Shown: in pieces, positions 9,608 through 18,912 of the stretch
Position numbering within the stretch: position 1 is the first letter of the stretch
How the letters are laid out: every line of letters begins with the position of its first letter
NCBI GenBank assembly: GCA_030606485.1
Contig: JAUWGH010000007.1
Location: 210,001 to 242,000 of the forward strand
From: Promethearchaeota archaeon
GTDB lineage: Archaea > Asgardarchaeota > Lokiarchaeia > Sigyniarchaeales > SOKP01
Length of the DNA stretch: 32,000 nt
Direction: 5' to 3'
Made by a program: the position numbers and the translations under genes
The notes under the pieces: generated by a model
What the model saw: the letters and a program-made list of their open reading frames with translations, nothing else
Told to the model about the DNA's origin: nothing
The model's database searches: none

Positions 9608-11947
9608 CTATTTTGATTCAAATTTATCATTTTGATATTTAAAATTTGCGATTTTATATAATTTCTGCCCCAATTTTTTTCCAATTTTTGGAGTTTCCAT
9701 TAGGTCTCCAATATCAGCATTGAAAATGTCCTTTATTTTATGGAATTTTGATAACAAACTTTTTGCTCTTAAATAATTAATCCCCGGAACTCCGGCAATA
9801 ATAAATTCTAATAAACGAGATATTTTTTTTGGTGCTTTTTCAAATCTTAATTTAAATTCTTGCTTTTTTTCAGATTGTTCTTTCTTAGCTAAATGGTATA
9901 ATGTTTTAGCGGTTTCTCGAGAATCCATTGTTTGATAGATATAAATACCCATATTAATCATAACAGAAAAAATAGCACCATATATCGCATTTTCGCTTAG
10001 ATTTGAAGAAATAATTGGGTTTTCACCTTCGAGAATTAAGATTGGCCGATAAAAATTTTGTGATAAGTCTTTTAATTCTTTAAAAAAACGTCCATCTTTT
10101 ATTGAATCTGAAAAATCTTTAGTGCTTTTTCTTTCAACCCCAACCTTTTTTGAAATAATATAATCGGCCACTTCTAAATTCTGGAGCTTTATTTGAACTC
10201 CATACAAAGATAATGTTCTAACTACTGAAGAGGCTGTTTCACGGTTATCCACATAAATAGTATAATCTTCTGCTCCTCTTATTGGAGTAACCGATTCTGA
10301 ATCTAAGGTATTTTCTGAACCAGCATTATCTTTTTGCTCAATATCTTTGATAAAATCCATTAAATTCTTTTTCTTTTCATACTTTGAATTTTTCATTCTT
10401 ATCAAACTCTCTTTCATTTTTTTTTCTTTTGCTAATTCCGCCCAATAATAACCTTCATCTCGGGTGCCCTTTGCGATCAATATTATTATTTTTCCTGCCT
10501 TTTGTCTTCCCGTACGTCCACGTCTTTGAATTGATCGAACGACACTTGGAGTCATATCATAAAAAATTACTAAATCACAATCTGGTATGTCAAGTCCTTC
10601 TTCACCAACATTAGTCGAGACTAATACATTATAAATTCCTTCCTTAAACTTATCAAGTATTTCTAATTGATTTTTCTGAGACATACCCTTATCTCGTCCT
10701 TTCGTTTGTTGACCTATAAATTTATGAATTTGAATAACGTCATCTTTACCGAAATAATTAATTATATTATTAACTGAATCTCGATATTGTGAAAAAACTA
10801 AAATCCTCGAATTTTCATTTAAAGAAATTTGTTCAGATAATGATTCCTTTAATTTCTTCATCTTTGGATGAATTAATCCTTCTGAGATTAGATTTCGTGT
10901 TAAATTAATGGCTTTTTTGAAATCTCGATTTTGAAATAACTCATTAAGTGATTTTGAACTCTTATTATTTTGAATATTTTCCTCATTTTTGGTAAAATAT
11001 TGCTCTAGAGCTTTAAGACCCTGCGTCTCCAATAGTTCAATCATATGGGATAAGCGTAAGGCATTTGCAACCATCTTTTTTGCATTAAACATAGCGAATT
11101 TCTCATTATCATCAGTAGTTTGAGAAATTTTTAAATCAATTTCTTTATTTAATCCCAGTATTTTTAAACGGGATATGTTTCTGATTACTTCGCTATCAAT
11201 AAAGTTCTGATGTTTTAAGAATTTATAAATTTCTTTTAACTTTTTTTCTAAAATTTTTAAAATCTCTAAAAAATCTTCAGGTAAATCAATTTTAATCCAT
11301 ATAATATCAACTTTTTGAATATAAGGTTTAACATCTTCATCCTTCTCTGTCCTAATCTCGATCTTATCGATAAATAAATTCTCTTTTATTATATTAATTT
11401 TCTCTTCAGTCGCCCCTGGACTTGCCGTTATTCCTAAGATTTGTCTACTTCCATCAAGACTCATATATTTTTGAGCAATAAACGTATATGCATAATTCCC
11501 TACTGCCCTATGACATTCGTCAAAAATGATTAAAGAAACATTACTGAGAGAATAGTTATTTGAGATTATATCATTTTGAAGAACTTGTGGTGTGGCAAAT
11601 AATACTCGCGTGTTATCCCATTCCTCTTTCCTATGAGCAGGAGATATCGCACCTGTAAACATTACCAATTGTTCTTCAGGAATTCTTGTCGATTCTATAA
11701 ACAGTTTCCTATGCTGATTTACCAGCGGTTTAGTCGGTGCAAGAAATATCACTTTTAAATCTTCAAATTTAGATAACTTATAAATAGCAAGAATTAAAGC
11801 TATAATTGTTTTCCCTAATCCGGTAGGAATAATTACTAAACAATTAGAATTAATACAACTTATAAATACATTTTCTTGATACGCTCTTCTAATAACTTTA
11901 TTTTCTTTTAAAAGTGGATGGTTTATATAGATTCCATTATCATTCAT
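9608..11947 (-). CDS. hef: Hef (FANCM/XPF-like) SF2 helicase fused to ERCC4 nuclease and HhH
   Basis: PTGLGKT, DECHRA, TASPG, EEGLDIP, QRRGRTGR, VDNRE, VADYII..VERKS, and C-terminal GVPGI/PKIGKK HhH motifs. Confidence 0.93.
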   Translation of the reverse strand: MNDNGIYINHPLLKENKVIRRAYQENVFISCINSNCLVIIPTGLGKTIIALILAIYKLSKFEDLKVIFLAPTKPLVNQHRKLFIESTRIPEEQLVMFTGAISPAHRKEEWDNTRVLFATPQVLQNDIISNNYSLSNVSLIIFDECHRAVGNYAYTFIAQKYMSLDGSRQILGITASPGATEEKINIIKENLFIDKIEIRTEKDEDVKPYIQKVDIIWIKIDLPEDFLEILKILEKKLKEIYKFLKHQNFIDSEVIRNISRLKILGLNKEIDLKISQTTDDNEKFAMFNAKKMVANALRLSHMIELLETQGLKALEQYFTKNEENIQNNKSSKSLNELFQNRDFKKAINLTRNLISEGLIHPKMKKLKESLSEQISLNENSRILVFSQYRDSVNNIINYFGKDDVIQIHKFIGQQTKGRDKGMSQKNQLEILDKFKEGIYNVLVSTNVGEEGLDIPDCDLVIFYDMTPSVVRSIQRRGRTGRQKAGKIIILIAKGTRDEGYYWAELAKEKKMKESLIRMKNSKYEKKKNLMDFIKDIEQKDNAGSENTLDSESVTPIRGAEDYTIYVDNRETASSVVRTLSLYGVQIKLQNLEVADYIISKKVGVERKSTKDFSDSIKDGRFFKELKDLSQNFYRPILILEGENPIISSNLSENAIYGAIFSVMINMGIYIYQTMDSRETAKTLYHLAKKEQSEKKQEFKLRFEKAPKKISRLLEFIIAGVPGINYLRAKSLLSKFHKIKDIFNADIGDLMETPKIGKKLGQKLYKIANFKYQNDKFESK

Positions 11948-12098
11948 TTGATTTACTCCATATTACATAGCCGACTCTTTTTGCTATTTTGCTAATGATA
12001 ATTACTTATTTAATAAATAAAAAAAATTACACTCTACTCGATTAATATAAAAAGAATGAGGATCTAAAAAATATATCATAATAACTCACTAATAATGA

Positions 12099-12202
12099 TA
12101 GGCGAGGGGGAATTCGAATCCCCGATCTCTACGGTCTGCCCATTAATCTAAAATTAAGATAATTGTGAGCGTAGCGCACTAACCGGGCTATGCTACTCGC
12201 CT
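12099..12202 (-). tRNA. tRNA-Val(CAC) with a 29-nt intron (12136-12164), no encoded CCA
   Basis: Cloverleaf: AGGCGAG/CTCGCCT acceptor, GCAT/GTGC D stem with AGCCCGGTTA loop, CTACG/CGTAG anticodon stem, GGGGA-TTCGAAT-TCCCC T arm. Removing 29 nt gives the loop CT-CAC-AC. Confidence 0.85.
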
Positions 12203-12285
12203 ATAAATTAAAAATTAAATATATAAAAAACAAATAAAACAAAAAAGATAAATTTGATTAATTTTTAAATTTAATATTAACCTAT

Positions 12286-12603
12286 TTGAGGTCTCATTTT
12301 TTGTCCACCCCTAATGAAGCAAGAAAATTACGTAAAAAATATAAAGAGGTACAAAAAAAAATCAAAATAGGTTCAATTTTTCTTACAAGATTTGAAAAAG
12401 CAAGAATAGTAGGAGCTAGAGCTTTACAGATATCGTTTGGAGCGCCAATTCTTATTATTCGGCCCAAGGAAGTTATAGATCCAATCAAAATTGCTCAGTT
12501 AGAGCTAGAATCCGGTATCCTCCCCTTGACTTTACGTAGAAAACTTCCAAATAAAGAATATCAAGATATTCCCATAAACTGGCTAGTTATTAAGAAAAGT
12601 TAA
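12286..12603 (+). CDS. rpoK: DNA-directed RNA polymerase subunit K (Rpo6/RPB6)
   Basis: LTRFEKARIVGARALQISFGAP and DPIKIAQLELESGILPLTLRR; TTG start, uncertain. Confidence 0.95.
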   Translation: MRSHFLSTPNEARKLRKKYKEVQKKIKIGSIFLTRFEKARIVGARALQISFGAPILIIRPKEVIDPIKIAQLELESGILPLTLRRKLPNKEYQDIPINWLVIKKS

Positions 12604-12636
12604 TCATTTCTTTTAAATTGATTATTTAAAACAAAA

Positions 12637-13140
12637 TTACTGAACTCTGTATTTTCCTCTCTCTGTTAAGTAATAAACATCATTTCCTGCAATCTTTTCC
12701 TTGATTACATAACCTTTCTTTATTAAACCATTTAAAATTTTTAAAAGATCATCTTTTCTAAATGGTTCAATTCCTAAAGGAATTCTACTCTGATTTGCAA
12801 TTATTGCTATGCGTCTCAAAAACATTCTTTTATCCATAATTGATTCAAGTATCGTCAATTCTTCGTTAGATAACTTTTCAAATTGATCATGTTCTAAAAG
12901 TCGATCTTTTAATACTTTAGATAAATCTTGAACATGTTCCCCAACTTCTTGTTTTTTAGTTTCAACATGAGATAATTTAACTAGATCTTTGGCGACTGGA
13001 ATCTTTTTCTTTATTTCTTGATTTTCCTTCTCTTTCCTTATTGTATTATCCATAAATCCATGTTTCTTTAATTTCTCTTTATCATTCTCTTTTTCATCTT
13101 TTTTAAAAAAATGCAAATTTTTCAAACCTTTTAATAACAA
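12637..13140 (-). CDS. Hypothetical protein with C-terminal winged-helix domain
   Basis: Charged N-terminus; C-terminal LLKILNGLIKKGYVIKEK...VYYLTERG wHTH pattern. Confidence 0.55.
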   Translation of the reverse strand: MLLKGLKNLHFFKKDEKENDKEKLKKHGFMDNTIRKEKENQEIKKKIPVAKDLVKLSHVETKKQEVGEHVQDLSKVLKDRLLEHDQFEKLSNEELTILESIMDKRMFLRRIAIIANQSRIPLGIEPFRKDDLLKILNGLIKKGYVIKEKIAGNDVYYLTERGKYRVQ

Positions 13141-13214
13141 TTATAAAATTTTAATTTTTATTATATTAAAATTATCTTAATTTTTAAAATTAAAAATATC
13201 TCTAATGAAATAAT

Positions 13215-13787
13215 ATGAAAAAAAAAATAACATTGCCAAATAGATGTTCCATTATTATAAAACATGCAAACCGTGAAGATGTCGACGGTGTTTGGAAAAA
13301 TTATAATACTGTTGTAGATGAAGGAATCTATTTACCAATATTCGAAAAGGTGTGCGGTATTGAAAAGGAATCGTGGTATGAAGATATAAAATTGGGAAGA
13401 GAAATATGTATTGTAGCTCAAATTCCTAATGTAAAACCTCCAGATAATATCGCAGGGCAATGTGAAATAACAGATCCCGAATGGGATGCGGCAAAACATG
13501 TGGGAATTCTTGGAATTATTGTAAGAGAGGATTTTAGAGGATTAGGGCTTGGAGAGATATTAATTGATTATGCAATACTTGAGTCAAAAAAATTAAAAAA
13601 TAAAACTAAAATTATTTTATCTTGTTTTTCAACTAATAAAATCGCATTATCTCTTTATAAAAAATTTGGTTTTGAAAAAATAGGGATTAGAAAAAAACAA
13701 TTCTATATGAATGATCAATTTTATGATGAGGTTTTAATGGAAATTTTTATTGAAGATTATTTAAAGGGTAAAGAAAAAAACCATTAA
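13215..13787 (+). CDS. GNAT family N-acetyltransferase
   Basis: VREDFRGLGLGEILI acetyl-CoA motif A; NKIALSLYKKFGFEKIG motif B. Confidence 0.9.
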   Translation: MKKKITLPNRCSIIIKHANREDVDGVWKNYNTVVDEGIYLPIFEKVCGIEKESWYEDIKLGREICIVAQIPNVKPPDNIAGQCEITDPEWDAAKHVGILGIIVREDFRGLGLGEILIDYAILESKKLKNKTKIILSCFSTNKIALSLYKKFGFEKIGIRKKQFYMNDQFYDEVLMEIFIEDYLKGKEKNH

Positions 13788-13856
13788 ATAGATACAATTC
13801 ATCTTTTTGAACTCATTATTCAAAAATGATTAAAGAAATAATAGAATTAAGTTTTT

Positions 13857-16800
13857 TTAGGTTTCTATTATCGGTAGAGTAAAATAAAATTCAGCCCCTT
13901 TGTCTTTTCCTTTTGAAGTTCCCCATATTTTTCCACCATGTGCTTCCACAACTCCTTTTGAAATATAAAGCCCAAGTCCTAACCCCTTTTTTCTATTAAT
14001 ATGATCAGCACTCTCTTTCTCTATTACTTCAAATTTTTTGAATAATTTTCTAATATCACGAATATTCAACCCTTTACCCTCATTTCTAACTTTAAACAGA
14101 AATTGATTTTTAATCTTTTTGGCTGAGATCTCAATGTTACCACCATTCAAAGTGAATTTTACAGCATTTGAGAATAAATTAGAAAAGACTTCATAAATTC
14201 TATTGGGGTCAACTCTCAGATATAAATCTTTTTGAACATCTACAATAACATTAAGTTTTTTATCGTTTATTTGAAAACTTAGTTCTTCAACGCAATTTTC
14301 AATTATATCGTAGATATTTTTTTCCTCTCGGATTATATCCATTTTTTTTGCGTCAATTTTCATTACATCTAATAATTTCTCGATTAAAAGATTTAATCGC
14401 TGAGAATTTTTTTGGATAAGTAAGAGATCTTTCCTGATTTCAAAATCCAAATCTTTATAGTGAGTGAGAATATAATCTGTATACCCCGTGATAGAAACCA
14501 TAGGTGTTTTTAATTCATGAGCTGCAATTATAATAAAATCATTTTTTAACTCATCTAATCTCCTTAATTCAATATTCTGCTTTCTTAATTTTTCTTCAGA
14601 TTTTCTTAATTTCTGCTCTGCCAACTTCAAGTTGCTAATATCATCAAAAGTTCCTAATACCCTGATGGTTTTTCCTTCTTGATCTAATGTTGGGACCAAT
14701 TTAGATCTAAAGAACACAGACTTCCCCCATTTCGAAATGTAAGGTCGCTCAGAACTGATCTTTCGATTTTCCATTATGCACTTTTTATAATCAGCGGAAA
14801 TTCCTGCCTTCATTAAAAGAGGAAAAGTTAAAAGATTAATCTTTTTAGTAGCTTCTTTAGAAGGAGACCCAAGGAGTTTAAGGGCACTTGTATTGACATT
14901 AAGAATATTTCCATTGACATCACAAGTCAAGATTCCTATAGGTGCTTCATCAAAAAGTGTTCTATATTTTTCTTCTGATTCTTTTAATTCTTCTTCTGTT
15001 AATTTACGCTCAGTAATTTCTCGTATGAAAATTGCAACTTGTTCCTTAGAAAAAAAGAGATGGCGTGCTTCATAATATTGCTCTTTTCCTCTTATCGGTA
15101 ATATATATTCTAAAATTTGAGGTTTTTTTGTAGCAATTGTCTCTCTAATCTTTTTAAGAATTTCTTGTCCAAGATTTGAAGGCACAACGTCTGCCATTCT
15201 TTTACCCATAAATTCTTTTGGGGGGGCATATAGATGTTCCACTTTACCCCGATATTCCAATATTGTAGAATCTTCAGAAACCAAAAAGAATAAATCGGGA
15301 ATTGATTCACAAATTCGCCTGAATTTTATTTCGGATTCTTTTAATTTTTGTTCTGCTTTCTTACGTTCGGTGATTTCTAGAGTAGTTTCAACGGCACCAA
15401 TAACATTTCCATTTGGATCCTTCACTGGAGTAGCTCTTATAATCCAAGATCTTCCATCGGGTGTAGTTCTTTCTTGTTTCTGAAATTCTTTAGTTTCAAT
15501 TGAATTTAGGACGGGACAGTCAATACATGGACTATCTCTTTGAGCCCATATCTCATAACAATGGCGTCCAATTAATTGTTCATGGGATAAACCAACTGAT
15601 TCTCCTGCTGCATTATTTGCCCATACAATTTTTAATTCTCTATCTTGATAGGAGATAAGCTCAGAAACACTATTTAAAATAAGGGCTTGTTCATCTTTAG
15701 TTTTAAGCAATTCTTCTTCAGCTTGTTTCCGCTCAGTAATATTTCGTATAAAAATTGCTACGCGATTTTCAGTAAAAAAGAGAAGTCGTGCTTCGTAATA
15801 CTGAACTTTACCTTTCATGGGAAGATTATATTCTAGAATTTGTGGTTGTTTCGAGCTTATTGTCTTTGATACATATTCTTTAGCCATTTTTCCAAGTTCA
15901 AAAGGTAATATATCACTCAGTTTTTCACTAAGAAACTGTTCAGGAGGAATAAAAAATTCTTCCCTTTTTCCACGATAATCTATTATGGTGGTTTTCTCAT
16001 CAACAAGAAAGAATAAGTCTGGAATTGATTCAAAAATTTGCCTGAATTTTTTTTCAGACTTTTCCAATTCTTTAGTCCTTTCAATTACCTTATACTCCAA
16101 TTCTCTATTTAATTTTTTTAATTCCTTCTCAGCTACTTTCCTTTCTGTGATATCCTGAAGAATAACTTGGATATACTTTTTACTACCTAAATTCACTAAA
16201 GAACTATGTAAATTCATCCATACTAAAGAACCATCTTTAATATAACAAGGAATTTCGATAGGAGGCGGATTTATACCTTCAAGGATCCTCTTATTTCTGT
16301 CTTCGAAAAAGGTTTCAAGTTCAGATACCTTAAATACTGGTAAAATTTCTTTATAATTTTTACCAACCATCTCTTCTTTTTTAATTCCATATAATTTCTC
16401 AATAGTAGAATTACATTCCATAATGTTTCCTTTTGTATCCGTTAATAAAATTGAAAAAGGTGAATTTTCAAACAAATGTCTATATTTTTCCTCAGATTCT
16501 TTTAATTGTTGTTCAGCTCTTTTTTTTTCTGTGATATCTTCTGTATGAACTAACACTAAATCGGGTGGAACAAAAGCGTAATTCACAAAAAGATATTTCC
16601 TTTTATTTGTACTTTTATAATAATAGTATAACTCTCGAGAAAAGTTTAATTTCTCTTCAAAACATCGATATAATTCTTCTAAAATTGTTGGTTGATCACT
16701 ATATAATTCAGAGGCTTTAATTCCTAAATAATTTTTGATTTTACCATCAGTTATTCGCTCCGAAGCAATATTATAATCAATTAATACGAGATCATCATTT

Positions 16801-18470
16801 TCTTTTTGCCATGTGTAAGTAGGGATAGGAATTCCCTTGTAGAGTGCTTTAAATTTTTTTTCAGATTCTTTTAACTTTTGCTCCGCCTGCTTGCGCTCGC
16901 TGATATCTCTGGCAATACCACAAAGACCAAAGATATTACCATTAGCATCCTTAAGCGGCACCTTGATAGTATGAAAAGTATGAGGGATTCCATGAATAGG
17001 TTTCGTTGGTTCTTCTTCAATGATTTCTCCATTGAGAACACGTTTATCTACTTCCATCACATGTTTCCCTGCTTCTTTACCAAATAAGTCGATATCTGTC
17101 TTGTTTTTTAACTCTTCAGCTGGTACACCAAACATCTCCTCCATCGCTGGGTTTACTTGAATATATTGCAATGAGCGATTCTTAATGAATATACTATCTT
17201 TAGCTGTCTCGAAAACTGCTCGGAGCATCTCTTCACTTTTACGTAGTTTTTCTTCTATATTTTTGCGTTCAGTGATGTCTCTAGCAATTAATAATCCTTT
17301 TTTATTCCCATTATTATCTATAAATGTACTCCCTTTAACTTCAAGCCAAATCCAATATCCTTTTTTGTGTTTAACTCTAACTATTTCCGTTCCTTCCCCA
17401 GTTTTAAATCCCATCCTTAAAGATTTAATAGTATGCTCAATATCATCATGATGGAGTAAATCTATTGAATTTCTCCCGATTAATTCTTCCTTTTTGTATC
17501 CTAATAATTTTTGAGTGATTTGCTCATTCATATATTCAATATCAAAATTTTCATTGATAATAATAAATAAGTCATTTGCATTTTCTGAAATCAATCGATA
17601 TTTTTCTTCGGATTGTTTCAAATTCTGTGTTCTTTCATCAACTATTTGCTCTAATTCAATATTTAATTCTTTTAACCTTTTTTCAGATTCTTTTAATGCT
17701 TGTTCTGCTTTCTTTTTATCAGTAATGTCTACTAGAGTAATGAAATCTGCAGGTTTTCCTTCATACAAAATTGATTTAGAATATACATCGACCCATTTTA
17801 ACTCTCCGGACTTTGTGAATATTCTACAAGAATACTGTGTTGCAACGTCTGTTTCTCCAGCTTGTTTCTTTTTTGCTTGTTCCATTATAAATAGTAAATC
17901 ATCTGGATGGATTAATTTAACAAAATCGTTCAATGACCATCCTATTATTTCTTGAGGCGTATAGTTACCAATTTTTGCTACAGCTTCATTTACATATTTC
18001 AAAACATTATCTTGGAGGATAACTATACCCATTAATAATTGTTCAGTAATTGTCCTGAATTTTGATATTGATTCTTTAAGCTTTTTCTCCGCATTCTTTC
18101 TTTCGGTGATGTTATTTGCAATGCCTAAAATTCCGTAGATTTTTCCTTTTTTTTTAAGTGGAATTCCATAGGTCTCAACATATATGGAATTACCATCTTT
18201 TGTTTTAAGTTTAAATTCACTACGTTTAGATTGCTTTCTCTTTTCTTTAAGATCTTTGATAATATTTAATGCATTAACTATTTGATTTTTATCAATTAAA
18301 TTTTTAAAGGATAGATTTGGAATATCATCTCTTTTATATCCAAGTGTTTCTAATGCAATATCATTTGCATCAAAAAAATTTCCCCTTAGATCATGAGCAT
18401 AGATTAAATCTAAGGAATTATCAAATAGTGCTCTAAATTCTTTTCTAATCTCAGTTTCATCAGTTGACAT
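13857..18470 (-). CDS. Soluble multi-PAS (about 10 PAS/PAC) sensor histidine kinase
   Basis: Ten repeats ending in [D/N/E]I[T/S]xxK-type PAC motifs; H box AAHELKTP, N box NLFSNAVKF, G2 GLGLGL; no TM segment or receiver domain. Confidence 0.95.
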   Translation of the reverse strand: MSTDETEIRKEFRALFDNSLDLIYAHDLRGNFFDANDIALETLGYKRDDIPNLSFKNLIDKNQIVNALNIIKDLKEKRKQSKRSEFKLKTKDGNSIYVETYGIPLKKKGKIYGILGIANNITERKNAEKKLKESISKFRTITEQLLMGIVILQDNVLKYVNEAVAKIGNYTPQEIIGWSLNDFVKLIHPDDLLFIMEQAKKKQAGETDVATQYSCRIFTKSGELKWVDVYSKSILYEGKPADFITLVDITDKKKAEQALKESEKRLKELNIELEQIVDERTQNLKQSEEKYRLISENANDLFIIINENFDIEYMNEQITQKLLGYKKEELIGRNSIDLLHHDDIEHTIKSLRMGFKTGEGTEIVRVKHKKGYWIWLEVKGSTFIDNNGNKKGLLIARDITERKNIEEKLRKSEEMLRAVFETAKDSIFIKNRSLQYIQVNPAMEEMFGVPAEELKNKTDIDLFGKEAGKHVMEVDKRVLNGEIIEEEPTKPIHGIPHTFHTIKVPLKDANGNIFGLCGIARDISERKQAEQKLKESEKKFKALYKGIPIPTYTWQKENDDLVLIDYNIASERITDGKIKNYLGIKASELYSDQPTILEELYRCFEEKLNFSRELYYYYKSTNKRKYLFVNYAFVPPDLVLVHTEDITEKKRAEQQLKESEEKYRHLFENSPFSILLTDTKGNIMECNSTIEKLYGIKKEEMVGKNYKEILPVFKVSELETFFEDRNKRILEGINPPPIEIPCYIKDGSLVWMNLHSSLVNLGSKKYIQVILQDITERKVAEKELKKLNRELEYKVIERTKELEKSEKKFRQIFESIPDLFFLVDEKTTIIDYRGKREEFFIPPEQFLSEKLSDILPFELGKMAKEYVSKTISSKQPQILEYNLPMKGKVQYYEARLLFFTENRVAIFIRNITERKQAEEELLKTKDEQALILNSVSELISYQDRELKIVWANNAAGESVGLSHEQLIGRHCYEIWAQRDSPCIDCPVLNSIETKEFQKQERTTPDGRSWIIRATPVKDPNGNVIGAVETTLEITERKKAEQKLKESEIKFRRICESIPDLFFLVSEDSTILEYRGKVEHLYAPPKEFMGKRMADVVPSNLGQEILKKIRETIATKKPQILEYILPIRGKEQYYEARHLFFSKEQVAIFIREITERKLTEEELKESEEKYRTLFDEAPIGILTCDVNGNILNVNTSALKLLGSPSKEATKKINLLTFPLLMKAGISADYKKCIMENRKISSERPYISKWGKSVFFRSKLVPTLDQEGKTIRVLGTFDDISNLKLAEQKLRKSEEKLRKQNIELRRLDELKNDFIIIAAHELKTPMVSITGYTDYILTHYKDLDFEIRKDLLLIQKNSQRLNLLIEKLLDVMKIDAKKMDIIREEKNIYDIIENCVEELSFQINDKKLNVIVDVQKDLYLRVDPNRIYEVFSNLFSNAVKFTLNGGNIEISAKKIKNQFLFKVRNEGKGLNIRDIRKLFKKFEVIEKESADHINRKKGLGLGLYISKGVVEAHGGKIWGTSKGKDKGAEFYFTLPIIET

Positions 18471-18629
18471 TTATATCCTCAATCTTTTTTTATAACATTT
18501 TTGATTAAATTTTAGCTCTACATTCTTAAGAGATATGATTATTTTTTTAATTTAATGCTATCCTTTGTATTTGAATCATAAAAAAAACATTTAATTATAT
18601 TATGAAAAATTAAATTATGTAGAATAAGT

Positions 18630-18872
18630 ATGAATAAATTATTTAAATCCAAATTAAGAATTAGTGATTACATTGATGAGATTTGTCCTGAAAAAATATT
18701 CATTTTTAATGAACAATCTATAAACTTAAAAAAATATTTAATAATTGATAATTCTGCTTTTAGAGTTCTGTTAAGCGGAGTTAGAATGGCTCCCAATACT
18801 ACAATGACTGAATTATTAAGATAAGCGAGTATAATAACTCTAAAATCTATGATTTTGAAGTATGAATTTTAA
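18630..18872 (+). pseudogene. 5' remnant of a Glu/Leu/Phe/Val dehydrogenase gene
   Basis: DEICPEKIF...LIIDNSA...SGVRMAPNTTMTELLR*ASIITLKS resembles the family N-terminus (DExGPEK...LVIDNTA.GP.KGG.RM...E..RLAR.MT.K). In-frame TAA at 18822-18824; homology is lost soon after. Confidence 0.7.
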
Positions 18873-18912
18873 AATAAAAAAAGGTAGAAAAAAAAGAGTT
18901 ATTTTCAATTTT

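Noticed and set aside
12099-12202. tRNA as initiator Met or Leu(CAG)
   Set aside because: It lacks the three consecutive G-C pairs in the anticodon stem and a CAT anticodon. The Leu reading would need a long variable arm, but it is only 5 nt.
16878-17955. Plus-strand ORFs (69, 88, 146 aa) inside the kinase
   Set aside because: Antisense shadows of the PAS repeats. The same applies to 14893-15075 and 15110-15310.
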